From positions 1-40,778 of the IMG/VR virus record IMGVR_UViG_3300045988_096734: 40,778 bases of DNA; one strand, written 5' to 3'. Of the stretch, positions 22,169 to 31,391 are shown in pieces. Position 1 is the first letter of the stretch. Every line of letters starts with the position of its first letter. The notes below the pieces were generated by a model that made no database searches, was not told the origin of the DNA, and saw only the letters and a list, made by a program, of their open reading frames with translations. The position numbers and the translations under genes are program-made. The DNA is from a virus.

Positions 22169-23166
22169 TCATTTAATCCCCCAGTGATAGTACCGTCACC
22201 AATAGTCGAAATATCGGTAGTTCCGATAAGACTTATAAGTGATTTAAGATTTTTTACAGCCAGTTTAAGTTTTCCAAAAATAGATGATAACTTTTCTCCT
22301 GTCGTTAATTCCTCTAAAGTTGTTGCTTCTTCAAACGCCGCAGTCAAATTACTACCATCACCAGTTTTGGTCAAATAATTTGTCAAATCTGTTTTTGGAA
22401 TTGCATCTATTTTTTTATCAATATTGATTTTGTCATAATAATTTTCCAAATCAGAAACTGATTTTTTAATGTATCCAGCATCATTTTCTAATTCGCTAAC
22501 TTTTGTTGGAATTCCTCCTGTTTGCTGTTTTGCCTGCTCCATATAATACTTTGCGTTATCGGTATCTTCTCCTTCTCTTGTTCCGGTTCCACCTATTGCA
22601 TAAGATTCAGCCAATACAGATTTTGCATTTGCGGATTGCGCATAAGCAGATGCATTTGCGGATTCTACTCTAATATCTGCTAAATAATTAGGCTGCAGCA
22701 TATCATCTGTTACTGATCCTGTTTTTATCGAAAAAGAATAAGTCTTATTCTTTCCAGTACCAGTCACGGATACAGCTATGGTTGCAGAATCTTCAAATGT
22801 TAATACCGGAATCATAGAACCAATATCAGCTGTAAACTGTGTTCCATCTTCTGTAGTCATGGTAATGATTCCGTCATCAGACATGGAAAAGCCAACAGGT
22901 ATTTTTTCAATATTAAGGTCAAAAATAATCTTTTCACCGTTGTATTTTGTAATAGTAATAACACCGGTTGTTTCATCCATAGTCCAATCAGCAATATTTC
23001 CGTTTATTGCAGACTTGTCTACTTTTAAGGCATCCTGTGATATGATACGGTTGTCCAACGCATCAATAGCAGAATCCATCTGATTAAGATTGTATGCATC
23101 TAAATCCGTGTTTTCACTGGGGTAATCTTCCCAATTAATCCTGGTATAAACCTTATTCATTGCCAT
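21820..23166 (-). CDS. Tail fibre / receptor-binding protein (variable C-terminal tip after residue ~338)
   Basis: 448 aa. The N-terminus MAMNKVYTRINWEDYPSENTDLDAYNLNQMDSAIDALDNRI is a common Firmicute phage fibre N-terminus. The inverted repeat lies at ...GGLNDVNGKL|EMNIEQK. Confidence 0.8.
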   Translation of the reverse strand: MAMNKVYTRINWEDYPSENTDLDAYNLNQMDSAIDALDNRIISQDALKVDKSAINGNIADWTMDETTGVITITKYNGEKIIFDLNIEKIPVGFSMSDDGIITMTTEDGTQFTADIGSMIPVLTFEDSATIAVSVTGTGKNKTYSFSIKTGSVTDDMLQPNYLADIRVESANASAYAQSANAKSVLAESYAIGGTGTREGEDTDNAKYYMEQAKQQTGGIPTKVSELENDAGYIKKSVSDLENYYDKINIDKKIDAIPKTDLTNYLTKTGDGSNLTAAFEEATTLEELTTGEKLSSIFGKLKLAVKNLKSLISLIGTTDISTIGDGTITGGLNDVNGKLEMNIEQKTGQYKNQKLNKNVTVCSITLTPGLWLIIGYIDGNISSDFIYNNTLFDQTVRESMIGGGGSINVILRGIDTTTTVNLSTYDFVNVTSDLTYRGTLAAICLKPYL

Positions 23167-23356
23167 CTGCGGTCACCTCGCTTTCTTTTTCTCTGTTTCT
23201 TTCAGCCAACTCTACATTGATTTGATTGTCTGCGGCTCTGTTAATTTGCCCGGCAATATCATTCACAATGAGCCGCTTAACCTCCATCGGAAGACCACAT
23301 TCGTTGATAAGATTTACAATTGCCTGTTCAAATTCTCTGATTTCTAAGCTGTTCAT
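23153..23356 (-). CDS. Hypothetical protein (67 aa)
   Basis: ORF in the tail operon between the Tal-like and fibre genes. No TM segment. Confidence 0.6.
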   Translation of the reverse strand: MNSLEIREFEQAIVNLINECGLPMEVKRLIVNDIAGQINRAADNQINVELAERNREKESEVTADGNE

Positions 23357-23366
23357 ATTCCTTCTC

Positions 23367-25514
23367 CTATCCTATGAGGTTGTATGCCTTAAGAGCATCT
23401 ATCAAGCTGTTTAATGTGGTAGCAATACTATATGTGCTGGTTGAACTTGGTGAAGTGATTTTGCTCACAGTCTTTTTTGTTGAACCACTTGTCGCACCAA
23501 AAAACGCTACATTACCACCGCTTTTTCCAACTAACACATTTCTCGCAACCACTGAAAAATGATCGGTAGAAATGTAAGCTAAATTATTGCCATAATTGTC
23601 CTTTAAATAATATGTTCCGCTGCTGGATGCCCAAGTGGTTGCACTTGCATATATATTTAAAAACCCTCCACTTCCACGAATTTGTATTCCTTCACTAGTT
23701 GCTTTTGAATAATTTAGTGAAGAACCTACACTTATTTCACTACTTGTGATTTTCGTTGAAATAGAAGATGCAGCAAAAGAAATTCCATTTCTATCCAACG
23801 ACATAGAATTTCCGCCAGATGAAAAACTTATTGTTCCAAGACTTCCAGATATTTTTAAGTCACCTTCCAGTGTTGCATCTTTCAAATTTGCACTTCCGTC
23901 TGCTTTCAAAACTACTTTATTCCCAAGTGATATACCATCTGTGCCAATATATACACCACTGCTTCCAGTACCCAAAGAACTAGAACCGTAATACATTTTT
24001 CTTGATTCAATTGTAAATCCGGCAATATTTCCGCTTGATGCAGTTATTTTTCCAGATAGGTCAACATCTTTTGCGGTTATTTTTCCTTCTTTAGAAATAG
24101 AACAGTTTGTTGCAGAAAGAACAAATCTATTCCCGGAAATACTTACCTGCCCGCTCTCAATGCTCAACTGCGAACTGACATCACCTTTGGAGACTTTCAG
24201 TTTAATTTGATCTGACTGCAAAGATATTGCCGCTGCCAATTCTACTTCTGCATCTGTAGCCCTTTTTGCTTCAAGTTCAATCTTTCCTGCTGTCTGTGTA
24301 ATCTTCGTATCCAGGCCATTCTCTACATCCTTGATTTCAGACCGAGTTTCCTCAACAGTACGTTCTAACTCATTTGTTTTTCCAAGTAATTGCTTAATAT
24401 CATATTCATAACCATTTACCTTTTTGGTACGGTATTCTTTACCTTCGCTAAAATAACTGTCTTGCAATTTCTGAATACCATTTAAGGTTCTTTGCATTAC
24501 ATACGTGTAAACTAAATCTGTTTTTGTATTTACTCTGATTCCGTCACCGACTTCTATACAAGGATTTCCTTGCGCTGTAATTTTTGCCGGTCTGTACCAT
24601 ATTCCGTAAATAATACTAAGGACATTGTCTGCTATGATCTGCAACTCTTTTGCAGATTTTCCATATACCAAAAAATTGTTTTCAATAATATAGCAGTTAT
24701 TTCCAGTACCGGATATTGCACCAATATCACTTTCAGTCTGTCGAATTTGTAATTTATCAATTTTTTTGCATATATAATCTTCGTATTGGCAAGATATGTA
24801 ACTGTTGCCCGGAACTTTTGTGACATTTGTGTTAGACTGAGGATATAACCCTTTTTGAGGATATAACCCTTTTTGGGGATACAATCCCTGGCTCATCATC
24901 TGCAAAATTATGTACTGAAGTTTTCCATTTCTACCAAAATGTCCAAAACATCCGTTTATTTCACAAATTGCTTCTAATACTTTTTTACCTGACAATTCAC
25001 TTGGATTTATAGTTTTTTCAACTAGCATTGAATCGTTTACAAGACTAATTGTCTCAGAATCAATACCTAAATATTCGCAAAAACTGTTTCGAAAATTTAA
25101 TAATGATAAAGGAAACGCTAAACTGTTGTACCATGCAGATACGTCGGCATTTGCAACGTCGTACATTTTGTCATAAGCTGTGATGTCTCTATATTTTCTA
25201 TCTCCAGATTTTTCATCAGATATTACATTATAATAACCATATTGGAATGGTTTTTCAGAATGTTCTCCCAAAATAGAAAAAACACTAAGTTTTTTGTTTT
25301 TTAAACTGCTGACGGAATTTGTTACACGAAATTTCAGTTCAGATGCTTCACAACATCCAAAACGTAATTCGTTTTCCGAACAAAGTCCCTCTTTCAAAGA
25401 CCATTCCTCGCAGTGCAAATCTGTATTGTCGAGTGTACCGCCATTGAATTCAATATACATTTCTCTCTTTATGGAATTTTTAAGAAATAATGATTCATAT
25501 TCGTAATTAATCAT
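23367..25514 (-). CDS. Tail-associated (Tal-like / prophage tail endopeptidase family) baseplate protein
   Basis: 715 aa, two genes downstream of the tape measure. The N-terminal region is typical of siphovirus Tal proteins, and the C-terminus is rich in beta-helix-like SG/T repeats. Confidence 0.7.
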   Translation of the reverse strand: MINYEYESLFLKNSIKREMYIEFNGGTLDNTDLHCEEWSLKEGLCSENELRFGCCEASELKFRVTNSVSSLKNKKLSVFSILGEHSEKPFQYGYYNVISDEKSGDRKYRDITAYDKMYDVANADVSAWYNSLAFPLSLLNFRNSFCEYLGIDSETISLVNDSMLVEKTINPSELSGKKVLEAICEINGCFGHFGRNGKLQYIILQMMSQGLYPQKGLYPQKGLYPQSNTNVTKVPGNSYISCQYEDYICKKIDKLQIRQTESDIGAISGTGNNCYIIENNFLVYGKSAKELQIIADNVLSIIYGIWYRPAKITAQGNPCIEVGDGIRVNTKTDLVYTYVMQRTLNGIQKLQDSYFSEGKEYRTKKVNGYEYDIKQLLGKTNELERTVEETRSEIKDVENGLDTKITQTAGKIELEAKRATDAEVELAAAISLQSDQIKLKVSKGDVSSQLSIESGQVSISGNRFVLSATNCSISKEGKITAKDVDLSGKITASSGNIAGFTIESRKMYYGSSSLGTGSSGVYIGTDGISLGNKVVLKADGSANLKDATLEGDLKISGSLGTISFSSGGNSMSLDRNGISFAASSISTKITSSEISVGSSLNYSKATSEGIQIRGSGGFLNIYASATTWASSSGTYYLKDNYGNNLAYISTDHFSVVARNVLVGKSGGNVAFFGATSGSTKKTVSKITSPSSTSTYSIATTLNSLIDALKAYNLIG
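24841..24894. repeat. 18-bp tandem repeat x3 (third copy degenerate) inside the Tal-like gene
   Basis: GGATATAACCCTTTTTGA / GGATATAACCCTTTTTGG / GGATACAATCCCTGGCTC, encoding GLYPQK GLYPQK GLYPQS on the minus strand. Confidence 0.85.
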
Positions 25515-25515
25515 A

Positions 25516-25914
25516 TCAATATCCTATAAATGCAATTCTTAATGGTGCATATTGTATTTTGTTATCTTTTATAGTTTGTATCTGAGGTTGCGGTTCTGCC
25601 ATATACGCATCCTGCGTTACATATCCGTTATATTCCAATATAAAAGCGGTAATTGTAACTTTTCTTTCCAATTCATTGATATAGTTTCTACGGATCATAT
25701 CCATGATTTGTTCATATTGTTCATTATTTAACGGGATAGTTTCAAACTCGCACTTGATAGGTACATGGGAAAGAGCTTCCCTATGCAATAAACCATTTGC
25801 ATCTCGATATGAGTCAAGGTCCTGAACAGAAACATATCCCTTGTATGTTTTTTCTTTTATATACTTCATATTGAATATTTCATTGCCTATTTTTAATAAA
25901 AACCCGGAATACAT
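25516..25914 (-). CDS. Distal tail protein-like (small)
   Basis: 132 aa, immediately downstream of the tape measure. The call rests on position only. Confidence 0.5.
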   Translation of the reverse strand: MYSGFLLKIGNEIFNMKYIKEKTYKGYVSVQDLDSYRDANGLLHREALSHVPIKCEFETIPLNNEQYEQIMDMIRRNYINELERKVTITAFILEYNGYVTQDAYMAEPQPQIQTIKDNKIQYAPLRIAFIGY

Positions 25915-25931
25915 AACTTACATACACCTCC

Positions 25932-27884
25932 TTAATACTGAAATGCACTTCTTCCGGTGCGTTGAATATAGCTGTCGTTCTGCTTCTTTACAACGCGGAA
26001 CACTTCCCAACCGTCAATGTTTATAACAATATCTCCGCTCTCGCCTTGCCGGTAATATCCACTCTCTTGCAATGCTTCAACCATAGCTTGTTTCATGGTT
26101 GACAGAGGAGACACCACTTCGGTCTCTCTGTTGTTGTCACCCAGTATAGCTGCAAACTCTCTTGACTGCCTGGGAACAACCGTACCGGTTGCAAGACGGG
26201 GCAGTGATACTGGTGTGATGTTAAATCCGATATGCTTTCCACCAATGCCGGGCACTATATCGGGGATGTCAAAACTAATTGCATTCAGCGCACCGATGAT
26301 TCTGTTAATGCTTCCCTCAACTATATCAATGATGACATTAAGAATGCCCTTAAGGACATCTTTCACACCTTCCCATGCCTGCTTCCAATTTCCGGTAAAT
26401 ACTCCAGTGATAAACTTGATCAAACCGCTTAAAATATCAATTACATGAGATATAATGTTTTTAACCATTGTAAGAAAAGGCTTTAACTGTCCAGACATAG
26501 CCTGGATGCATACCTTCCATTTTATCGATACAAGGTCCAATACGGTTTTCAGAAACTCAAATATAGTTCCGATTTCTTCCGATTTCTCAACGAACATATC
26601 TCCCATTTCGGAGAAAAACTGAGACACATCGTTCAATATTCCAACAAAGGTCTCTCCGAGGAATGCTGCAAACGGGGCAAACACTTCGTTCCATATCTCA
26701 TTCAGATACGGGGAAATCACTTCAAATGCCTTATTACAAGCTTCTACTGCACTGCCCAACAGATTAAAAAATGCCGGTAGTGCATCTTCAATTACGAAAC
26801 TACCGAGTGGCTCTAAAACATTCTCAAACAGCCACAGCAGACCGTCCCCGATATCGTCTACCAATGGCTCAATGGCTGTTTTTAATTTTTCAAAGCTGTC
26901 AATCAGCGGTTGGAAATCAATATTTTTAAACCAGTTCTGCAGGCTTTCTTTTATCGGGTCAAAAATGGATTTCAGTTTGCTTGCCAATCCCGCAATCTTG
27001 CTTTCAATCGGTGCAACCTCAAACATATCGTTGGGAGACACCGTACCACCTGCACCGCTGTTGTCCTGCTTGGACTGGTTATTCAGTTCATCAATACTTG
27101 CTAATGATCCTTTTGCTTTCTTTGCCGCCGCCGCGGTCCCGTTAAGGCTCTTTGCATAGTTCTCTTGCACCTTGATAGCCTTTGTGAAGGTACTTGCTCC
27201 GGTCAGTGCCGCAAAAAACTGCCCGACATAATTCATGGCAGTGCTCAACAAGCTGATAAGCCTTGTCAAAATCGGTTCTATTACCGTCAGAATCGGTGCA
27301 AATGCCACAGCGAAGCTATTCTTTAACTGCGTGAGAGCCGATTTAAGGTTGCTCAATGCCGTGTTGGTAGGATTTACACCATCATTGAATTGAGCAAGGT
27401 TCTTGAAGCCATCAACCATCGCAGAGCGCAACTTATTGATAAGTGCTATCAGACTTTGAACTCCAAAAACATATTTAAGCATGGTTTTTAAACCAACTTT
27501 GAAACCTCCACTGCTTTTTTTAGCAGAATTTCCCATTTTTCTGATAGATTTAGATGCTTTTTCAGAAGCGTCTCTGATATTCTTAATACTATTTGCCTTA
27601 TCTTCCATTCCGTTTTTAGAATTTTCCAAAGACTGTATTTCTGCATTAAGTCCAGATATGTTATTTTTTGCCCTATCTATTTCAGAAACAAGTGTATCGT
27701 AATACTTCAAATCATCTTGACTTGGAGCAATTCCAATTTCTTTAGATGTGGAAAAAATTCTATCCATTCTTTCTTTTGTTGCTTCCAAATTTTTTATATA
27801 GGACTCTAAATTAGAAATTTCCTTTTTAGCTTGGTCTATTCTAATTTCAGTATCAATTACAACAGCATTATTTGCCACAAGCAC
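25932..27884 (-). CDS. Tail tape measure protein
   Basis: 650 aa, helical with hydrophobic central segments. It follows the chaperone pair. Confidence 0.85.
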   Translation of the reverse strand: MLVANNAVVIDTEIRIDQAKKEISNLESYIKNLEATKERMDRIFSTSKEIGIAPSQDDLKYYDTLVSEIDRAKNNISGLNAEIQSLENSKNGMEDKANSIKNIRDASEKASKSIRKMGNSAKKSSGGFKVGLKTMLKYVFGVQSLIALINKLRSAMVDGFKNLAQFNDGVNPTNTALSNLKSALTQLKNSFAVAFAPILTVIEPILTRLISLLSTAMNYVGQFFAALTGASTFTKAIKVQENYAKSLNGTAAAAKKAKGSLASIDELNNQSKQDNSGAGGTVSPNDMFEVAPIESKIAGLASKLKSIFDPIKESLQNWFKNIDFQPLIDSFEKLKTAIEPLVDDIGDGLLWLFENVLEPLGSFVIEDALPAFFNLLGSAVEACNKAFEVISPYLNEIWNEVFAPFAAFLGETFVGILNDVSQFFSEMGDMFVEKSEEIGTIFEFLKTVLDLVSIKWKVCIQAMSGQLKPFLTMVKNIISHVIDILSGLIKFITGVFTGNWKQAWEGVKDVLKGILNVIIDIVEGSINRIIGALNAISFDIPDIVPGIGGKHIGFNITPVSLPRLATGTVVPRQSREFAAILGDNNRETEVVSPLSTMKQAMVEALQESGYYRQGESGDIVINIDGWEVFRVVKKQNDSYIQRTGRSAFQY

Positions 27885-27887
27885 CGC

Positions 27888-28481
27888 CTATCCGAGCAGT
27901 TCCTTGAGGGCCTTTTCGTCTTCCTCGCGCTCCCGCTTCTCCTGCTCTGTCAATTTATCCTTAAGCAGCACCACATCCTTGTTATCCCGGATGTAATCCT
28001 GCTCCCACTTTTCCAATTTCTTCCCGGTGGCTCTTTTCTGGCGTATGGATAGGATATGAGTAAAAGTACACTCGCCTATCTCCATGTACGCTGACAGAAA
28101 TGTCCACCAGTGCATATATTTGTCCGCGCGGATTTCTCTTCCAACCACACGGTTTACTGCAGGGATGATCAGTGTTGCATCCTGCTCCCAGTCCATTACC
28201 CGCGGACTTGGTTTGTCCGTCTTTTCGACACCCATGTCAATAAATTCTGCAACACCTTTGAATGCATCTTCCAAATCCTCATCAGGTATGCTGTCGGGAT
28301 CCTCAAACATGATCTGCCGGATAATCTCACTTTGGATGTAATTTGTTTCTGCCGGTGTATCCCCGGTCATATCCTTGTCAGATAGGGCGGTCAGCACATC
28401 CAACACCGCCCTATAATCTGTCCTGATAGGATATTCATGTCCGTTTGCTGTCACGGATGTAGGTAATTCCCATAGATTCAT
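27888..28481 (-). CDS. Gp15-like tail assembly protein
   Basis: ATG 28481 follows a TGAGG RBS. MNLWELPTSVTANGHEYPIRTDYRAVLDVL matches the Phage_Gp15-type N-terminus. Confidence 0.65.
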   Translation of the reverse strand: MNLWELPTSVTANGHEYPIRTDYRAVLDVLTALSDKDMTGDTPAETNYIQSEIIRQIMFEDPDSIPDEDLEDAFKGVAEFIDMGVEKTDKPSPRVMDWEQDATLIIPAVNRVVGREIRADKYMHWWTFLSAYMEIGECTFTHILSIRQKRATGKKLEKWEQDYIRDNKDVVLLKDKLTEQEKREREEDEKALKELLG

Positions 28482-28489
28482 TCCAAACC

Positions 28490-28906
28490 TCACTTATGGT
28501 ACTTACTGGTATACTGGTTAATTTTGGTCTGTACCTTTTCGAATCGCTTGCCGGTCTCTGCTTCAATCAGCTTGCCGATAGCATTGAGCACGTTCTCCAC
28601 GAAAAACTCACCGTTGGCCAGAACAGTAAATGGGGATGTGATGGAGAAGAAACTCTGCGATACGTTAGAATTGAACAGATAGTCAATCTGCTTATCCAGC
28701 TCTTCTTCCATTTCTTTCACAATGTCAACGATATCCTTGCGCTCATCCACATTGTCTGCGATATGGCTCACTGCTTCAGCTACGTGCTCATACCGCTTGA
28801 CCAGTTCCACATCCGCAGGATTCATTTCAAACTTACCGAGCACGGTTCCGTTCTTGTCCTCAATGGTGTACTGTTCAAGTCCTCTATCAACTACGATTTT
28901 TCCCAT
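28490..28906 (-). CDS. Tail assembly chaperone-like protein
   Basis: 138 aa, acidic, located between the major tail and Gp15-like genes. Confidence 0.6.
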   Translation of the reverse strand: MGKIVVDRGLEQYTIEDKNGTVLGKFEMNPADVELVKRYEHVAEAVSHIADNVDERKDIVDIVKEMEEELDKQIDYLFNSNVSQSFFSITSPFTVLANGEFFVENVLNAIGKLIEAETGKRFEKVQTKINQYTSKYHK

Positions 28907-28926
28907 ATTCTTTCATCCTCTCTTTC

Positions 28927-29421
28927 TTATTCTGTGTCACCCGCTGTGAATGTAGGCACCTTAGCAGCAATGGTTGCGGTTCCTTTGGTGCGGTTTCCGT
29001 CATACCAAAGATTGAAGTTGATACCAAGTCCGGAAGTATCACCGCCATAAGAAGTGATCTCCACCTTGCCATCCTCTTCCCATGCATCGTATTTGTTTCC
29101 GGCATCAGTCTTGTCAATCAATACTTCAAGGATTTTCACCTTGCAGTCATCACCGGACTTGCGGTTCATGGCAATATCTTTCAAAAAATCGTAAATGGAA
29201 TCTGTCGGATCCGCGTGATACGGTTCGACACTGACCTGGGGAGAATACCCCGTATCGCTAACAGAAACATCACCGGTGACATCGCGGGTCTGCTCAAAAG
29301 AGCCATTCATTTCGACACTCATGTCGTCAATTCCTTTTCCCAGCAAGTAATATGCCGGGGAAAGAGTACCGCTTGCCGGCTTCATGTACAGTGCGTGTGC
29401 TTCTCGCTTTAATTTAGACAT
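28927..29421 (-). CDS. Major tail protein
   Basis: 164 aa with a strong AGGAGG RBS and a structured leader. The position is typical, and the sequence resembles TP901-1/SPP1-type tube proteins. Confidence 0.75.
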   Translation of the reverse strand: MSKLKREAHALYMKPASGTLSPAYYLLGKGIDDMSVEMNGSFEQTRDVTGDVSVSDTGYSPQVSVEPYHADPTDSIYDFLKDIAMNRKSGDDCKVKILEVLIDKTDAGNKYDAWEEDGKVEITSYGGDTSGLGINFNLWYDGNRTKGTATIAAKVPTFTAGDTE

Positions 29422-29498
29422 AAAAAATAACCTCCTACCTATAACTGTTTGAGTGATTAGGTTAGCGAGCGGCTTCCATATTGCCGCCCGATCGACTT

Positions 29499-30005
29499 CT
29501 ACAAGTCAAATTCATTTTTATAAGTTGCTGTGATGTTAATGATCCAGTTCTCTGCCTTGTCCTCGTTAATAGAATCAAGGTATGAAGGACTTACTCTCTG
29601 TATCTGCTTGAACTCCCTATCCCCCGTAAGAATCGGATACTCTTCCAACCGATACTCTGCATCATTTACCGTTATGGTCTGCCGTTCCAGCCATCTACCA
29701 AGATTATCAATCCACTCCTTGACCTTTGCCTTTCGGCTCTCTGACAGTCCGCTTGCCCGGTAAACTACGATGAATGGGTAATCGCAGATCTGCTCCACAT
29801 GGCCAGTCACATCCGTCTTTTCCTGTCGGATTGCGCTTCCTGTCGATGGAAACACCGCTTTCCCTTTGGAATCCCCCAGTGTAGCGTATTCGATGGAATC
29901 TCCAGGAGATAACCCTGGATATTGGTTGATAAGATCCATCAGAGCAGTAGTGACTACCTCTTGTCCGTCAAGATCATATCTTACTTCTTCTTTTTTATCT
30001 GCCAT
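29499..30005 (-). CDS. Tail terminator / head-tail joining protein
   Basis: ATG 30005 follows a TAGGTGGA RBS (MADKKEEVRYDLDGQE...). The call rests on position. Confidence 0.6.
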   Translation of the reverse strand: MADKKEEVRYDLDGQEVVTTALMDLINQYPGLSPGDSIEYATLGDSKGKAVFPSTGSAIRQEKTDVTGHVEQICDYPFIVVYRASGLSESRKAKVKEWIDNLGRWLERQTITVNDAEYRLEEYPILTGDREFKQIQRVSPSYLDSINEDKAENWIINITATYKNEFDL

Positions 30006-30012
30006 GATCCAC

Positions 30013-30450
30013 CTACTTTCCCGTGATCTCAAAATGCGGTATAACTCCCAGTTTTGACACGGAAGTTACGGCATATACACCGTCATAGGTGCTGTTCATG
30101 TAATCGTAAAATCCGTTCTCATAGTCATCATCCGCAATGGGATCTTCCGTCCATTCCCCCACATAAAAGAAATCGAATTTCTCACCCGGTGTAAATGTGA
30201 TTGTCTGTGGCAGAAGATCATTTGTCTGTCTATCCCATGCTTTTGGAGTGAGATAGCTTTTTCCGGCAATCATATCTCCTGCATCGTACCGAACATTCAG
30301 AACCGCATTGTCCTTGGATTCTTCCCCATACTTCTGTACGATTGCCGAGCGGTCTGCCATGACATTTACATCATGCAAAACAGTAGGGTACCACATATCC
30401 CCCAAACGGCTCTCATATCGGTTGAAAATCGTCACTGTATCGGAATACAT
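30013..30450 (-). CDS. Head-tail joining protein (minor capsid/neck family)
   Basis: 145 aa. MYSDTVTIFNRYESRLGDMWYPTVLHDV resembles the Minor_capsid_1-type N-terminus. Confidence 0.6.
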   Translation of the reverse strand: MYSDTVTIFNRYESRLGDMWYPTVLHDVNVMADRSAIVQKYGEESKDNAVLNVRYDAGDMIAGKSYLTPKAWDRQTNDLLPQTITFTPGEKFDFFYVGEWTEDPIADDDYENGFYDYMNSTYDGVYAVTSVSKLGVIPHFEITGK

Positions 30451-30464
30451 AGCACCCTACCTCT

Positions 30465-30779
30465 TTACTCTTCTTTATTAAATCTTTTCCATAGTTCCGA
30501 AAATTTCTCCCAACCGTACATAGCCACAAATGCCACGATAAATCCTGCTATGATGGCTGCAAGGATCATGTACCATAAGATAGCCTGCCGGATGTACTGC
30601 ATATATGCGATAAATACAACCACAGTCAGTCCAATGGACAATACAAACACGAGAATGTCGGTCGGAATCTTGGAGAGAAAACTTACACCCTTGAACACCT
30701 GGGTAATTAAGGACACAAGGAATGCCAGTATTCCGATAATGGTCAATAACTGTGCAATGCTTGTAATTGCAATTTCCAT
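30465..30779 (-). CDS. Multi-TM membrane protein, holin-like
   Basis: ATG 30779 follows a GGAGGTG RBS. The 104-aa product has 3-4 hydrophobic segments (IAQLLTIIGILAFLVSLI, ILVFVLSIGLTVVVFIAY, ILWYMILAAIIAGFIVAFVAMY) and a charged C-terminus KRFNKEE. Confidence 0.6.
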   Translation of the reverse strand: MEIAITSIAQLLTIIGILAFLVSLITQVFKGVSFLSKIPTDILVFVLSIGLTVVVFIAYMQYIRQAILWYMILAAIIAGFIVAFVAMYGWEKFSELWKRFNKEE

Positions 30780-30780
30780 G

Positions 30781-31236
30781 TTACACCTCCGTATAATAGA
30801 ATGGATATGCTCCACCAAACAGAAGATTTACTCCGTTTTTGTCTTTTGTACCTCTCAGGTATTCGTTGATGGTATCCGCATATAATCTTGCTTGTGCAGA
30901 TTTGTCTGACAAGACTTTTCCTATCAGACCACTGCCAGTATCATAAGAGATACTTTCGTTTCCTGCCGATACGGATTTCACCGTCTTATTGCCCTCTGCT
31001 TCTGTTTCTGCCTTTTCAATCTTTGCCATGATGTCCACTAAAGCACATTCACAGCGTTTTACTGTTTCGGCATCGTATGCCACATCCGGGAATGCAAAAT
31101 CCAGCTTGCATCTACCATCAACACCCGTCACAGCATTCTTGACAAGCTTTTCAGCGTTCCAAATGAGCCGATTAAAAACCGTATTATCAACAGTAGTTCC
31201 GTATAAAGTTTTGTAAAACTCATAGTCTACATACAT
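30781..31236 (-). CDS. Head-tail connector (gp6-like) protein
   Basis: 151 aa, first gene after the capsid/HeH genes. The N-terminus is MYVDYEFYKTLYG. Confidence 0.6.
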   Translation of the reverse strand: MYVDYEFYKTLYGTTVDNTVFNRLIWNAEKLVKNAVTGVDGRCKLDFAFPDVAYDAETVKRCECALVDIMAKIEKAETEAEGNKTVKSVSAGNESISYDTGSGLIGKVLSDKSAQARLYADTINEYLRGTKDKNGVNLLFGGAYPFYYTEV

Positions 31237-31242
31237 ACTGAT

Positions 31243-31347
31243 TTACCCCTGCTGTGCTAAAAACTCGTCAATAATGTCTGCCTTCTTCGTCTTGGTTATG
31301 CTATAGCCCAATTCATCAGCCAATGATCTGATTTCGGCAACCGTCAT
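31243..31347 (-). CDS. Small HeH/SAP-like (Rho-N-like) domain protein (34 aa)
   Basis: My translation reads MTVAEIRSLADELGYSITKTKKADIIDEFLAQQG. The RBS is weak, and the frame is open upstream into the capsid 3' end. Confidence 0.5.
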   Translation of the reverse strand: MTVAEIRSLADELGYSITKTKKADIIDEFLAQQG

Positions 31348-31391
31348 GCCATTCAGATCTTCGGCTGTGTATCTGCTTAAGCTATAGCCTG

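Noticed and set aside
21820-23166. A diversity-generating retroelement targeting the tail fibre
   Set aside because: No reverse transcriptase gene and no template/variable repeat pair were found anywhere in the genome. The fibre variability signal is the inverted-repeat cassette instead.
24841-24894. The tandem repeat as a CRISPR-like array or an on/off phase-variation tract
   Set aside because: It has only three contiguous 18-bp units with no spacers, and they are in frame within a coding region. It cannot cause frameshift switching.
28470-28510. Programmed -1 frameshift between the two tail chaperone genes (gpG/gpGT style)
   Set aside because: The downstream Gp15-like ORF has its own TGAGG RBS and ATG (28481), just downstream of the upstream stop codon (28490-28492). 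I saw no slippery heptamer, and no fusion is needed.
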